Source: Candidatus Gastranaerophilales bacterium
Lineage (GTDB): Bacteria > Cyanobacteriota > Vampirovibrionia > Gastranaerophilales > Gastranaerophilaceae
Assembly (NCBI GenBank): GCA_944323585.1
Contig: CALUTA010000001.1
Coordinates: 1 to 30,057 of the forward strand
Direction of reading: 5' to 3'
DNA: 30,057 nt
The notes beneath the pieces are model-generated. The model did not search any database. It was not told where the DNA came from and worked only from the letters and a program-made list of their open reading frames with translations. Numbering within the stretch: position 1 is the stretch's first letter; every line of letters begins with the position of its first letter. The translations under genes and the position numbers were made by a program. Of the stretch, positions 7,586 to 16,171 are shown one piece after another.

Positions 7586-9361
7586 ATGAGCAGGGATTTT
7601 AGATATAAAGATTACGTAAATACATTAAGATTTAAACTCGCCGGTGCAGTAGTAGGTTTGGACGAGTATTGTGAAAAACTTATCAGAAAATATATATATA
7701 ACAGTGTATTGTCTGCAGCAAAGGCTGTTTATGAAAATCCGGAGGTTTCGCCCGAAGCATGCGAAATAATCACAAGGACAATTGGGGAATGGACAGTTTG
7801 TAAATTAGCTGATATTATTAACGGTCATGTGCCTGATTGTTTCTTTGATACGATTATTAATAAAATAAACTCAGGAATTTACGATTACTTACTTGACGAA
7901 AACAAGCTTGAACCTCTGACTGAGGAAAGTTTAGAAAATCCAGACAGGCTTAATAAACTGGAAGAAATTGTTCAAAATATTTACGGAGAGACACTTGCGC
8001 AGATATATTCTGACAGAGGGATAGATAAAGAGACTTATATCCTTGCGCTTTCACAGTCATTTTATTCAGATAAGCAAAATCAAGATGAAGAGCCAGATAA
8101 AGATACGCAAGAGAAAAATTTAAAAACAGATAAATTTATATATTCACCGGTAAAGTTATCAGAATTTGCAAAAATTAAAAAATATCTTAAAAACAACCCT
8201 TGCAGAGTTTTATTGCTCTTCGTGTTTATTGTTGCGATTTTATTTTTACCTTTAATCTGTCTCGGCTTAATACCCATGTCAAAAGAAGATTTATGGGCTG
8301 CATTAATGGCAGTGTTTTTGTGTATGTGGGTTTATATATTTGACATAATCATAGAAGCCGACCTATTTGACAGAATTGAGCAGAAACTAAAATTATCCGA
8401 ATGCAACGGGCAGGAGCAGAATTCTGTGGAATTAAACAGCCCGAACGAAATGTATGAGCGCCTTGGGGTAGATATTTTATCTATCAGATTAGGCACCGGT
8501 TTGTTGAATTATGCTGCGCCTGAGTTCGATAACATTTTGCTGCCTTTGATTTCCGAAGTAAGGAAAGAATTTACCGAAGAGCTCGGTTATATTATACCGA
8601 AGGTCAGATGTCTGGATGATAAGGACTTAAGGCCTGATGAATTCCGTATTTATGTCCGCGGGGTTATGAGAGATAATTTTTTTGCAGGCAAAAATACTAA
8701 AAATGATGAAATTTCAACACTTCTTCGGCAACACTTAAAAGAATGCTGTATTAAAAACGTAAAGGATATATTGACAAGAACTGATGTTATAAAACTTATG
8801 GAAATTGTAAGTTCGCAGGATCCGACCCTTGTAAATGACCTGATTCCATCAAGAATATCCGCAGTTGATTTACGCAGGATACTTGTATCTTTGATAAGAG
8901 AAGAAATTTCTGTTAAGGATACTATTCTTATATTTGAAAGACTTTGTGATTATGCAAGATTTAATACTCAGCCTCACGTTCTTGTTGAAAGTCTTAGAGC
9001 GGCAATGTCCGCACAAATATGTGATAAGTATTCCGTAAAAACGGACAACGGTATGATTTTATATGCCCTAACACTAAACAGTGGACTTGAAAAAATACTT
9101 GCAGAAGCGGTACAATATACAGAATTCGGCACAATAATCAAACTTCAGCCGGATCAGATTGAACAGTTAATTATGGATGTCAACAAAACTATATCTGGCT
9201 TGAATACGCATAAAAAAGATGCAGTACTTCTTGTTACCCCCAAAATTCGTAAACCATTGTTCGACTTGCTTTCTGAATATATTGACAATATTAAAATTAT
9301 GTCGTACTCCGAACTTTTGCCTGCAGTCGAAATGAAAGTAGAAATACTGGCTGAAATTTAA
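7586..9361 (+). CDS. FHIPEP/FlhA-like protein: novel N-terminal domain, 2 TM helices, FlhA cytoplasmic domain lacking D2
   Basis: The C-terminal ~300 aa follow FlhA_C: VDILSIRLGTGLL, VRKEFTEELGYIIPKVRCLDD..L...EFRIYVRGV, LTRTDV..LME...DPTLVNDLIP, LRRILVSLIREEISVKDTILIFERL, LVESLRAAM, MSYSEL. Two hydrophobic helices at about aa 208-257. Confidence 0.85.
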   Translation: MSRDFRYKDYVNTLRFKLAGAVVGLDEYCEKLIRKYIYNSVLSAAKAVYENPEVSPEACEIITRTIGEWTVCKLADIINGHVPDCFFDTIINKINSGIYDYLLDENKLEPLTEESLENPDRLNKLEEIVQNIYGETLAQIYSDRGIDKETYILALSQSFYSDKQNQDEEPDKDTQEKNLKTDKFIYSPVKLSEFAKIKKYLKNNPCRVLLLFVFIVAILFLPLICLGLIPMSKEDLWAALMAVFLCMWVYIFDIIIEADLFDRIEQKLKLSECNGQEQNSVELNSPNEMYERLGVDILSIRLGTGLLNYAAPEFDNILLPLISEVRKEFTEELGYIIPKVRCLDDKDLRPDEFRIYVRGVMRDNFFAGKNTKNDEISTLLRQHLKECCIKNVKDILTRTDVIKLMEIVSSQDPTLVNDLIPSRISAVDLRRILVSLIREEISVKDTILIFERLCDYARFNTQPHVLVESLRAAMSAQICDKYSVKTDNGMILYALTLNSGLEKILAEAVQYTEFGTIIKLQPDQIEQLIMDVNKTISGLNTHKKDAVLLVTPKIRKPLFDLLSEYIDNIKIMSYSELLPAVEMKVEILAEI

Positions 9362-9421
9362 TTATTGCGAATTTGTAACTAATTTGTCCGAAACCTTAAA
9401 ATATTTTATTATATAAATGTT

Positions 9422-11008
9422 ATGGAAAATGCCAGAATAATAGTAGTTGATGATGAAAAAATGGTTACCTCGGCATTCCGGACGCTTTTTGCGGTCGAAG
9501 GAATTAAGGGAGGCGCTTTCTTTAATTCGCCTAAAGAAGCTCTTGATTATATGCAAAAAGAGGCACCTGATTTAATTATATCAGATTTTTTGATGCCTGA
9601 GATGAACGGGCTTGAATTTTTGCGGGAAGCAAAAAAACTTTACCCTGAAACCAGTATGATTCTTTTAACCGGCTATGCTGATAAAGAAAATGCAATCAGA
9701 GCAATAAACGAAATCGGGCTTTACAAATACATCGAAAAACCCTGGGACAATGACGATTTGTTGATGAATATCAGAAACGGGGTTGAAAGAAGCCACTTAT
9801 TGAGTGATTTAAGAGAAAAAATAGCCGAACTTGAAGATGCAAAAAAACAGCTTGAAATTTACTCAAATGACCTTGAAAGACTTGTTGCGGAGCGCACTCA
9901 TGAACTTTCGCAGGCGAACCAGAAACTGAGCGGAATAATCAATCACTGCGCTGATGGAATAATAATTCTAGATAAAGACGGTAGAATTGAACAGATTAAT
10001 CCGGCCTGTGAAAATATGACAGGGCTGGACACAACTGCTATTTTGAATCGTACCTTTACTCAGATTGTCAAAGGCTGCAAACAGGATATGATTTCTGACA
10101 GCAGCGGACTGTTCGGACTTAGTGCTGACAACTCGGAAATTCTTCTAAAAGATTGTCATATTGCAAATTCTCTCAGCGGGGCTCACACTCCTGTTGAAAT
10201 TAATCTGGCTGCTATCAAAGATGAAGACCAGACTTTGCCTGAAAAATACGTCGGAGTAATAAGAGATGTAACTTCTCAGAAAGAAACAGAAAGACTCAGA
10301 GATGATTTTATTGCAACACTTACGCATGATTTGAGAACACCGCTTCTTGCGGCAATTCAAACTCTTAAATTCTTTCTGGACGGCTCTCTTGGCGAACTGG
10401 ATGACAAACAGAAGGTTTTGCTTTCAACAATGCTTCAGAGTAACGAGGATTTGTTAGGACTTGTAAATGCATTACTTGAGGTTTATCGCTTTGACAGCGG
10501 ACGACTGGAACTCTGCAAGACTGTTTTTGCACCGAAAACGCTTGTTGAACAGTGTATTGAAGAACTTATGCCTCTTGCTAAAAACAAAAATATTGACCTT
10601 GAGTTTGAATGTAATTTTGATGACAAACTTGAAATTTACGCAGATAAAGGCGAGTTGAAGCGTGTAATCACAAATTTGTGCGGAAATGCGGTCAATTATA
10701 CTAATAAAGAGGGTCATATCAAGGTTATTTTAAAAGCACAGTCCGGTGATTTAATTTTCTCGGTAGAAGACAACGGAAACGGAATTCCCAAAAATGACAT
10801 TCCGCAATTGTTCACGAGATTTTCTCAGGGTACAAGCCGCAAACGATCTACCGGCACAGGACTCGGGTTGTATCTCTCCCGCCAGATTATAGAGGCTCAT
10901 GGAGGCAAAATCTGGGTGGAAAGCAAAATTAACAAGGGAAGTGAATTTACTTTCCTTCTGACTGACGTTGTAAAATCAAATGAAGAAAGACAGGTTGTAA
11001 ATGGTTAG
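9422..11008 (+). CDS. Cytoplasmic hybrid histidine kinase: REC - coiled coil - PAS - HisKA - HATPase
   Basis: IIVVDDE...IISDFLMPEMNG...KPW receiver. THDLRTPL H-box, NLCGNAVNYT N-box, EDNGNGI G1, GTGLGL G2. No TM segment. Confidence 0.93.
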   Translation: MENARIIVVDDEKMVTSAFRTLFAVEGIKGGAFFNSPKEALDYMQKEAPDLIISDFLMPEMNGLEFLREAKKLYPETSMILLTGYADKENAIRAINEIGLYKYIEKPWDNDDLLMNIRNGVERSHLLSDLREKIAELEDAKKQLEIYSNDLERLVAERTHELSQANQKLSGIINHCADGIIILDKDGRIEQINPACENMTGLDTTAILNRTFTQIVKGCKQDMISDSSGLFGLSADNSEILLKDCHIANSLSGAHTPVEINLAAIKDEDQTLPEKYVGVIRDVTSQKETERLRDDFIATLTHDLRTPLLAAIQTLKFFLDGSLGELDDKQKVLLSTMLQSNEDLLGLVNALLEVYRFDSGRLELCKTVFAPKTLVEQCIEELMPLAKNKNIDLEFECNFDDKLEIYADKGELKRVITNLCGNAVNYTNKEGHIKVILKAQSGDLIFSVEDNGNGIPKNDIPQLFTRFSQGTSRKRSTGTGLGLYLSRQIIEAHGGKIWVESKINKGSEFTFLLTDVVKSNEERQVVNG

Positions 11009-11666
11009 GGTTTTGATTGTGGAAGATCACGATATGGCAAGAATGGGGCTTTCTGTAATCTTAAGCAAGAATCCCAACATTGAAATTGCTGATACGGCCT
11101 CGGACGGACAGGAAGGTGTCGATAAAGCACTGAGTCTTGTTCCCGATGTAGTTATTATGGACATAGGGCTTCCGACTATTGACGGGATTGAAGCTACAAA
11201 AAAAATTAAACTTGCGAATTCCCGAATAAAAGTTTTGATGTACACTTCCCGTGAAGATGAAGATGATATATTTGATTCATTTCAGGCTGGAGCCGACGGA
11301 TATATTACGAAAGGTGCAACATCAGAGCAGACGGTTTCTGCGGTTCTTGCTGTCAGCGAAGGCGCCGGTTGGCTTGATCCTGCAATTGCTAAAGTTGTGC
11401 TGACTAATGTCAGAAGAAATACTCAAACACAGCAAAGACGCGGTGAAATTAATTATAAACTCGGTAAAAATTTATACGGGCTGACTGAAAGAGAAATGGA
11501 AGTTCTTGCTCTGATTGTGGACGGTCTGACAAACCCGCAGATTGCTGATAAACTTGTAATCACTATTTCAACGACCAAAACGCACGTTCACAGCATTCTT
11601 CAAAAATTGTATGTTGGCTCACGTGCCAAAGCAATTGCAACTGCAATGAAAGAAGGACTTGTTTAA
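11001..11666 (+). CDS. NarL/LuxR-family response regulator
   Basis: LIVEDH...VIMDIGLP..DG receiver. LTEREMEVL..IVDGLTNPQIA..L.ITISTTKTHV..IL.KL HTH. Overlaps the kinase gene by 8 nt. Confidence 0.95.
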   Translation: MVRVLIVEDHDMARMGLSVILSKNPNIEIADTASDGQEGVDKALSLVPDVVIMDIGLPTIDGIEATKKIKLANSRIKVLMYTSREDEDDIFDSFQAGADGYITKGATSEQTVSAVLAVSEGAGWLDPAIAKVVLTNVRRNTQTQQRRGEINYKLGKNLYGLTEREMEVLALIVDGLTNPQIADKLVITISTTKTHVHSILQKLYVGSRAKAIATAMKEGLV

Positions 11667-11668
11667 AA

Positions 11669-13093
11669 ATGCTGAAAAAATCGTTTTTGATTTTTAGTTT
11701 ATTAATGTGTTCTGTATCTGCAAATGCTTTTTCACTTTCTGACATTGATTTGTCAATGCCGTGGAATTCATCTGACGGAAACTCAACTGAAGAACAGGCC
11801 AAATATCTTAATAAAGTGAAAAAAGAGGATTTGAAAGAAGAATACGGAAGAAAAAAACTCAATATTCATCAAAATCCTTTTATGACAGTCGAAGAGTATG
11901 AAATGCTTTCAGCCCCGAAAGACAAGACTCTTGAAGAAATTCCGATTCCTAAGCCTGAAAAGCCTTCTGATATGAAGTATGTTCCGGTTTATGATTATGA
12001 ACTTACACGCTACAACAACCCGCCTGGCAGCCCTGAAATTTCTCTAACAGGCGACTTTAAAAAACGCAGACAGCAGAATGCACAGGGAATTGTTTCGCCG
12101 GACTACTCGATTCTCGTGTATCCTTCTGTTTATTATTACTACAAAGAAAACGTTGTTGCCTGCGACCTTTTTGTAATTCCGCTGGAGCAAAAAGGAAATG
12201 CGCTTGCAAGGATAAAAAAAGCAAATGTAATGCACAGACTGCCTGATCCTATTCTATCAACCGGAAAAGTTACGGAAGAATACGGGATCTACAGAACTCT
12301 TACACCAGTAGACTTTAATATTGACGGAACAAAACTTCTTGTAAAGGAAAAAATAGGAAGCAATGATGATGGCATCTGGCAGACAAATGCCATTGTCTAT
12401 GATTTTGTATCTCACAGTTCTTATAAGCTTAATGAGATACGTGATGCTATTGTCTACTACTGGCAGGAATATAAATATCTAAATCTGAATGATGTGAGAT
12501 GGGATATTTATCCTCTTGGTTTTGAAGTCCAAAATCCAGACAGAATTGTTGTGTCTGCTTTTGCCTACACAGGCTCCGTACCTGTCTTTTTAGGAAACTG
12601 GAGCATTGATTCTAAGGGCGAACGAGCACTACTCCTTTCCCTTGACCCGAAAAATAAAGTTCAAATCAGCATGAACGGTGTTAAAATGATACGTTCCGGT
12701 GTTGTCCCCCCGTATATTCTTGAAAAGGAAGAAAAACATCAGAAATATGTTGAAAAACAAGAAGCAAAGGCTAAGGAAAAGGAAGAAAAAGCACAAATTA
12801 AAGCCATAGAAGATGAGTATAAGCAAAAAGTCAAAGAATTAGACAAAGAGTTAAAGATAGAACTTCAAAACGACAAAATAAAAGAAAAAATAGAAGGTTC
12901 AACTTCAACTAATGATGCAGTAGAAAAAATTGATGAAGCTCTTGAAAAAGCAAAGCAGGAACGGCTTGAAAAAGAAGCAAAGGCTAAGGCTCGCCAGCTT
13001 GCAAAGGAGCAGAAAAAGCTTAAGAAAGAACAACAAAAATTGAACAATCAGCAGCCTGACCAGTCAAATACGGGGGCAACGCCTTCGCAATAG
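11669..13093 (+). CDS. Secreted hypothetical protein with a beta-rich middle and a charged coiled-coil tail
   Basis: Signal peptide ending ANA. K/E/Q-rich C-terminal ~120 aa. Starts 2 nt after the regulator stop. Confidence 0.75.
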   Translation: MLKKSFLIFSLLMCSVSANAFSLSDIDLSMPWNSSDGNSTEEQAKYLNKVKKEDLKEEYGRKKLNIHQNPFMTVEEYEMLSAPKDKTLEEIPIPKPEKPSDMKYVPVYDYELTRYNNPPGSPEISLTGDFKKRRQQNAQGIVSPDYSILVYPSVYYYYKENVVACDLFVIPLEQKGNALARIKKANVMHRLPDPILSTGKVTEEYGIYRTLTPVDFNIDGTKLLVKEKIGSNDDGIWQTNAIVYDFVSHSSYKLNEIRDAIVYYWQEYKYLNLNDVRWDIYPLGFEVQNPDRIVVSAFAYTGSVPVFLGNWSIDSKGERALLLSLDPKNKVQISMNGVKMIRSGVVPPYILEKEEKHQKYVEKQEAKAKEKEEKAQIKAIEDEYKQKVKELDKELKIELQNDKIKEKIEGSTSTNDAVEKIDEALEKAKQERLEKEAKAKARQLAKEQKKLKKEQQKLNNQQPDQSNTGATPSQ

Positions 13094-13098
13094 TTGTT

Positions 13099-13350
13099 TC
13101 AAGTATTGTTAATCAATTTTAATTTATCTAATCTGGAAAGCTTTTTAATACGATATTCCTCCTTCATTGCATCAGATTTTGTGTCAAACTGCCGTGTATA
13201 GACGATTTTAAGCGGTTTATGCGAGCGGGTGTATTTTGCGCCTTCACCGTTTTTGTGCGCCTCAAATCTTTTTTCTACATCATCCGTAAAGCCGCAATAA
13301 AGTGTTTTATCTACCGTTTCAAGAATATAAACGTAATACTTCTTTTCCAT
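13099..13350 (-). CDS. Stand-alone GIY-YIG nuclease family protein (YazA/YhbQ, UPF0213)
   Basis: YYVYILE...LYCGFTDDVEKRF..HKNG.GAKYTR...A.KEEYRIKKL. Confidence 0.9.
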   Translation of the reverse strand: MEKKYYVYILETVDKTLYCGFTDDVEKRFEAHKNGEGAKYTRSHKPLKIVYTRQFDTKSDAMKEEYRIKKLSRLDKLKLINNT

Positions 13351-13366
13351 AAATCAAAATTACAAT

Positions 13367-13394
13367 AAAAAAGACGACTTGAAATCGTCGTCTT
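13367..13394 (-). terminator. Intrinsic terminator of the 13452-13820 gene
   Basis: AAGACGAC-N8-GTCGTCTT stem with a T tract on the minus strand. Confidence 0.7.
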
Positions 13395-13451
13395 AAATTA
13401 TTTTTCTTTATTTTTCTCTGATTATAAAACCTTTTTTCTTCTCTCTACTTC

Positions 13452-13820
13452 TTATACAAATGAGGTAAAGCCACCGCCTCCGCCGCAGGAACCTGAACTT
13501 ACAGCGCCGCCGCCTGCACTTGCTCCGGCAAATCCGCCTGAACAATCAGTTCCGATAACGGCAACTGCGTTTGCAAAACTGCTCAAAAATCCTGATTGGG
13601 ATGCTGTGCTGAATTCACTGCTTGCATAGTTTGAATAATCTACATTTACTGTATGTGGTGTATTAAAAATTATTGTGTCATATGAATTCATTGCAAGATA
13701 ACTTTTTTCAGACTTTAATGCTAATGAACCTGCAGTTTCTGCTGTTTCATTCTGTTTTGCTTTGATAGCAGGTGCTGTTGCTTGTTGTTGTGAAGTGCGT
13801 GCAAAAATGTTGTTTGTCAT
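13452..13820 (-). CDS. Small Ser/Gly/Ala-rich hypothetical protein
   Basis: AAGGAG RBS, own terminator, 122 aa. Ends DCSGGFAGASAGGGAVSSGSCGGGGGFTSFV. Confidence 0.75.
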   Translation of the reverse strand: MTNNIFARTSQQQATAPAIKAKQNETAETAGSLALKSEKSYLAMNSYDTIIFNTPHTVNVDYSNYASSEFSTASQSGFLSSFANAVAVIGTDCSGGFAGASAGGGAVSSGSCGGGGGFTSFV

Positions 13821-13895
13821 TTTATACTCCTTTAAGCCTCGTGGTACTTATATAAAAAATTTTAAATTTAAGTTTTTTCAGCATGGATGTTTTTT

Positions 13896-13913
13896 GTAAC
13901 ATTTGTTTACAAT
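13896..13913 (+). promoter_or_regulatory. HLR1-like direct repeat (1 mismatch)
   Basis: GTAACATT-TG-TTTACAAT against the consensus KTTACAWW-N2-KTTACAWW. Confidence 0.4.
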
Positions 13914-13966
13914 AACTTACCCTTTAATATAAATCCACTGATTGATATAATCCCGCCTGATGGTTG

Positions 13967-14001
13967 ATGTCATTTGACATTAAAAGCATTATTCTTAAAA
14001 T
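13967..14001 (+). promoter_or_regulatory. Sigma70 promoter with a palindrome over the -35 box
   Basis: TTGACA (13974-13979)-N16-TAAAAT (13996-14001). ATGTCA-TT-TGACAT inverted repeat at 13967-13980. Confidence 0.55.
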
Positions 14002-14033
14002 GTAAAAACAGATTTGGAAATTATTGAGGGAAT

Positions 14034-14690
14034 ATGAAAAAACTGTTAATTAATATTGTATTATTAGTCACTTTAATTACTTCAGCTGCTTACGCATCTG
14101 ATAACAGCCTGAATTCAGTTATAATTGAAGGCACTACATCTGGAACATATCATATTATTTTACGTTCGGACAGAGTTGCCAATGTTAAAAAGACGGTTCA
14201 AGAAGACGGAACATTGCTTCTGGAGTTAAAAAACATTTCCACATCTCTTAATCTTGACACCAAGTATGTAAACACGAATGCAATTGACAATGTAGTAGTT
14301 GAAAACACATCAAATAATGGTGTAAATATTTATATTCAAGCACCTGAAGCGGAAAAGGCAGATATAATTTTCGATACACCTGCGGCTCCGCCTGTTGTTG
14401 TCAGCGACGGCATCAGCAAAAATCAAATAGGTTGGATTGCGGCTGCTTTTCTTGTTATTTGTTTAGCAGCAGGAAGTTTCAAAAAATCCGTTGAAAACGA
14501 CGCTAAAGAAACATTTAAAAACGATCTTACCGAGCGGGAAATCAAATTTTACAAGGAATATAAATCAGATATTATTACATCAGCCAAAATTGATAACAAG
14601 ATCAAAGAACGACTGGCTAAAGCAAGAATAGCTAATATTACACAAAAAGCAGCAACGTTGAGATCTTTACAGAAAATGTCAATGAAATAA
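14034..14690 (+). CDS. Membrane protein: signal peptide, AMIN-like beta domain, TM helix, basic cytoplasmic tail
   Basis: Signal peptide ending AYA. Beta-rich segment (YHIILRSD...TLLLELKN...IDNVVVE...VNIYI). TM IGWIAAAFLVICLAAG. The AMIN call is tentative. Confidence 0.6.
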   Translation: MKKLLINIVLLVTLITSAAYASDNSLNSVIIEGTTSGTYHIILRSDRVANVKKTVQEDGTLLLELKNISTSLNLDTKYVNTNAIDNVVVENTSNNGVNIYIQAPEAEKADIIFDTPAAPPVVVSDGISKNQIGWIAAAFLVICLAAGSFKKSVENDAKETFKNDLTEREIKFYKEYKSDIITSAKIDNKIKERLAKARIANITQKAATLRSLQKMSMK

Positions 14691-14702
14691 AAATAATAAT
14701 TT

Positions 14703-15827
14703 TTATAATGCAAAGTAGCTTCTGATAATCTTTTCGATTTTTTCGGAAGCTTTGCCGTCGCCATAAGGATTTACAGCTTTCAATCTTGTAGACACAAAGT
14801 CTCTGGAAAGAATATTTTCACTGCAAGATATTATTTTGTCATAATCAGCCCCGACAAGTACTGAAACACCAGCATCAATACCTTCCTGACGCTCTGTTTC
14901 ATAGCGCATAACAAGGGTCGGACAGCCGAATGAAGGTGCTTCCTCCTGTATTCCGCCGGAATCCGTCAGAATAAGTTTTGCATTTTTCATCAAATACACA
15001 AGATTTGGATAATCAAGCGGTGAAAGTAATTTTACGTTTGAATATCCTGCAAGTCTGCCGTGTATCTTGTCTTTAACATTCGGGTTAGGATGCACAGGAA
15101 TTATAAACGTGTGATCTGAATACTTTTTTACAAGATATTCAACAGCATCAAGAATTCTGTCAATTCTTTCTCCATGATTTTCCCGCCTGTGAGCTGTTAA
15201 AAGAACAAGTTTGTCATTTATATCAATGCCTTTTTCTGTAAAAAACTCTTTGCTCTTTGATAATGTTTCATCAGAAAGACAGAAAAGCGCATCAATAACC
15301 GTGTTTCCCGTCACAAAAATCTTGTCTTCAGAAATATTTTCTTTCAAAAGCGCCTGTTTATTCTTTTCAGTCGGCGCAAAATTAAGCTCCGTTACACGTG
15401 AAGTCATCTGGCGCATAACCTCTTCCGGAAAGGGTTCATATATATCATATGATCTTAAGCCGGCTTCAACATGAAAAACAGGGATTTTATTATAAAAGCT
15501 TGCTAGCGCAGCGCATAACACGGTCATGGTATCGCCCTGAACAATAGTTGCGTCAATCTTATTTGAGGCAAAAACTCCGTTTAACGCCGTTAAAATTCTT
15601 GTCTGCACCTCAAGAAGCGACTGATTTGGCTTCATGCAATCCAGGTTTATATCAGCTTTTAAATTGAAATAAGAAAGTGTTTGATTAGAAAGCTCCTTTT
15701 GCTGTTCGGTGTTGCAAACAATTACGTTATAAAGTTCCGGATACTGTTTCAACTTCAAAATAACCGGTGCAAGTTTTATAACCTCCGGTCTGGTTCCGAA
15801 AACAACAAGTATATTCTTTCTCTCCAT
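14703..15827 (-). CDS. wecB: UDP-N-acetylglucosamine 2-epimerase (non-hydrolysing)
   Basis: VFGTRPEVIK, VQGDT, HVEAGLRS, PFPEE, TGNTVIDAL, HRREN, LTDSGGIQEEAP, TERQEG and NPYGDG motifs. Confidence 0.96.
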   Translation of the reverse strand: MERKNILVVFGTRPEVIKLAPVILKLKQYPELYNVIVCNTEQQKELSNQTLSYFNLKADINLDCMKPNQSLLEVQTRILTALNGVFASNKIDATIVQGDTMTVLCAALASFYNKIPVFHVEAGLRSYDIYEPFPEEVMRQMTSRVTELNFAPTEKNKQALLKENISEDKIFVTGNTVIDALFCLSDETLSKSKEFFTEKGIDINDKLVLLTAHRRENHGERIDRILDAVEYLVKKYSDHTFIIPVHPNPNVKDKIHGRLAGYSNVKLLSPLDYPNLVYLMKNAKLILTDSGGIQEEAPSFGCPTLVMRYETERQEGIDAGVSVLVGADYDKIISCSENILSRDFVSTRLKAVNPYGDGKASEKIEKIIRSYFAL

Positions 15828-15933
15828 AATTTCTATTTTATAACAAAATTATATATATGCAATTAGATAGAACATTTGATGAATATAAATTTTTGTTTCC
15901 TATTATAGATTATTAATGAATAAGGAGAGCAAA

Positions 15934-16170
15934 ATGCCAGATTTATACATACTTGACTCTTGTCCATACTGCAAAAAAGTTATGGAATTTCTTGATGAAA
16001 ACAACATACCATACAAAAAATTAGACGTATCAGAGCCTGAAAATTACGATAATCTTCAAAAAATCGGCGGAAAATCACAAGTGCCTTTTCTTTATGACAA
16101 AGAAAAAGACTTAAAAATGTACGAGTCTGATGACATTATAGAATATTTTAAAAACAGAGAACAGGTGTAA
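15934..16170 (+). CDS. Glutaredoxin-like protein
   Basis: CPYC active site, GGKSQVPFL (cis-Pro), MYESDDII. ATG at 15934 follows AAGGAG. Confidence 0.88.
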   Translation: MPDLYILDSCPYCKKVMEFLDENNIPYKKLDVSEPENYDNLQKIGGKSQVPFLYDKEKDLKMYESDDIIEYFKNREQV

Positions 16171-16171
16171 T

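Noticed and set aside
9372-9379. HLR1 half-site upstream of the kinase (another at 7522-7529)
   Set aside because: Single octamers with no in-phase partner; expected by chance in AT-rich DNA.
12720-13070. Repetitive AAAGAA-rich DNA as a tandem repeat or array
   Set aside because: Explained by the Lys/Glu coiled-coil coding sequence; no fixed repeat unit or spacers.
13099-13350. GIY-YIG gene as a homing endonuclease or mobile element
   Set aside because: At 83 aa it is the chromosomal YazA/YhbQ type; no intron, DNA-binding tail or flanking repeats.
14034-14690. FliO with an AMIN domain
   Set aside because: The post-TM tail is helical and charged and lacks the FliO beta-strand pattern; no fliP/fliN neighbours.
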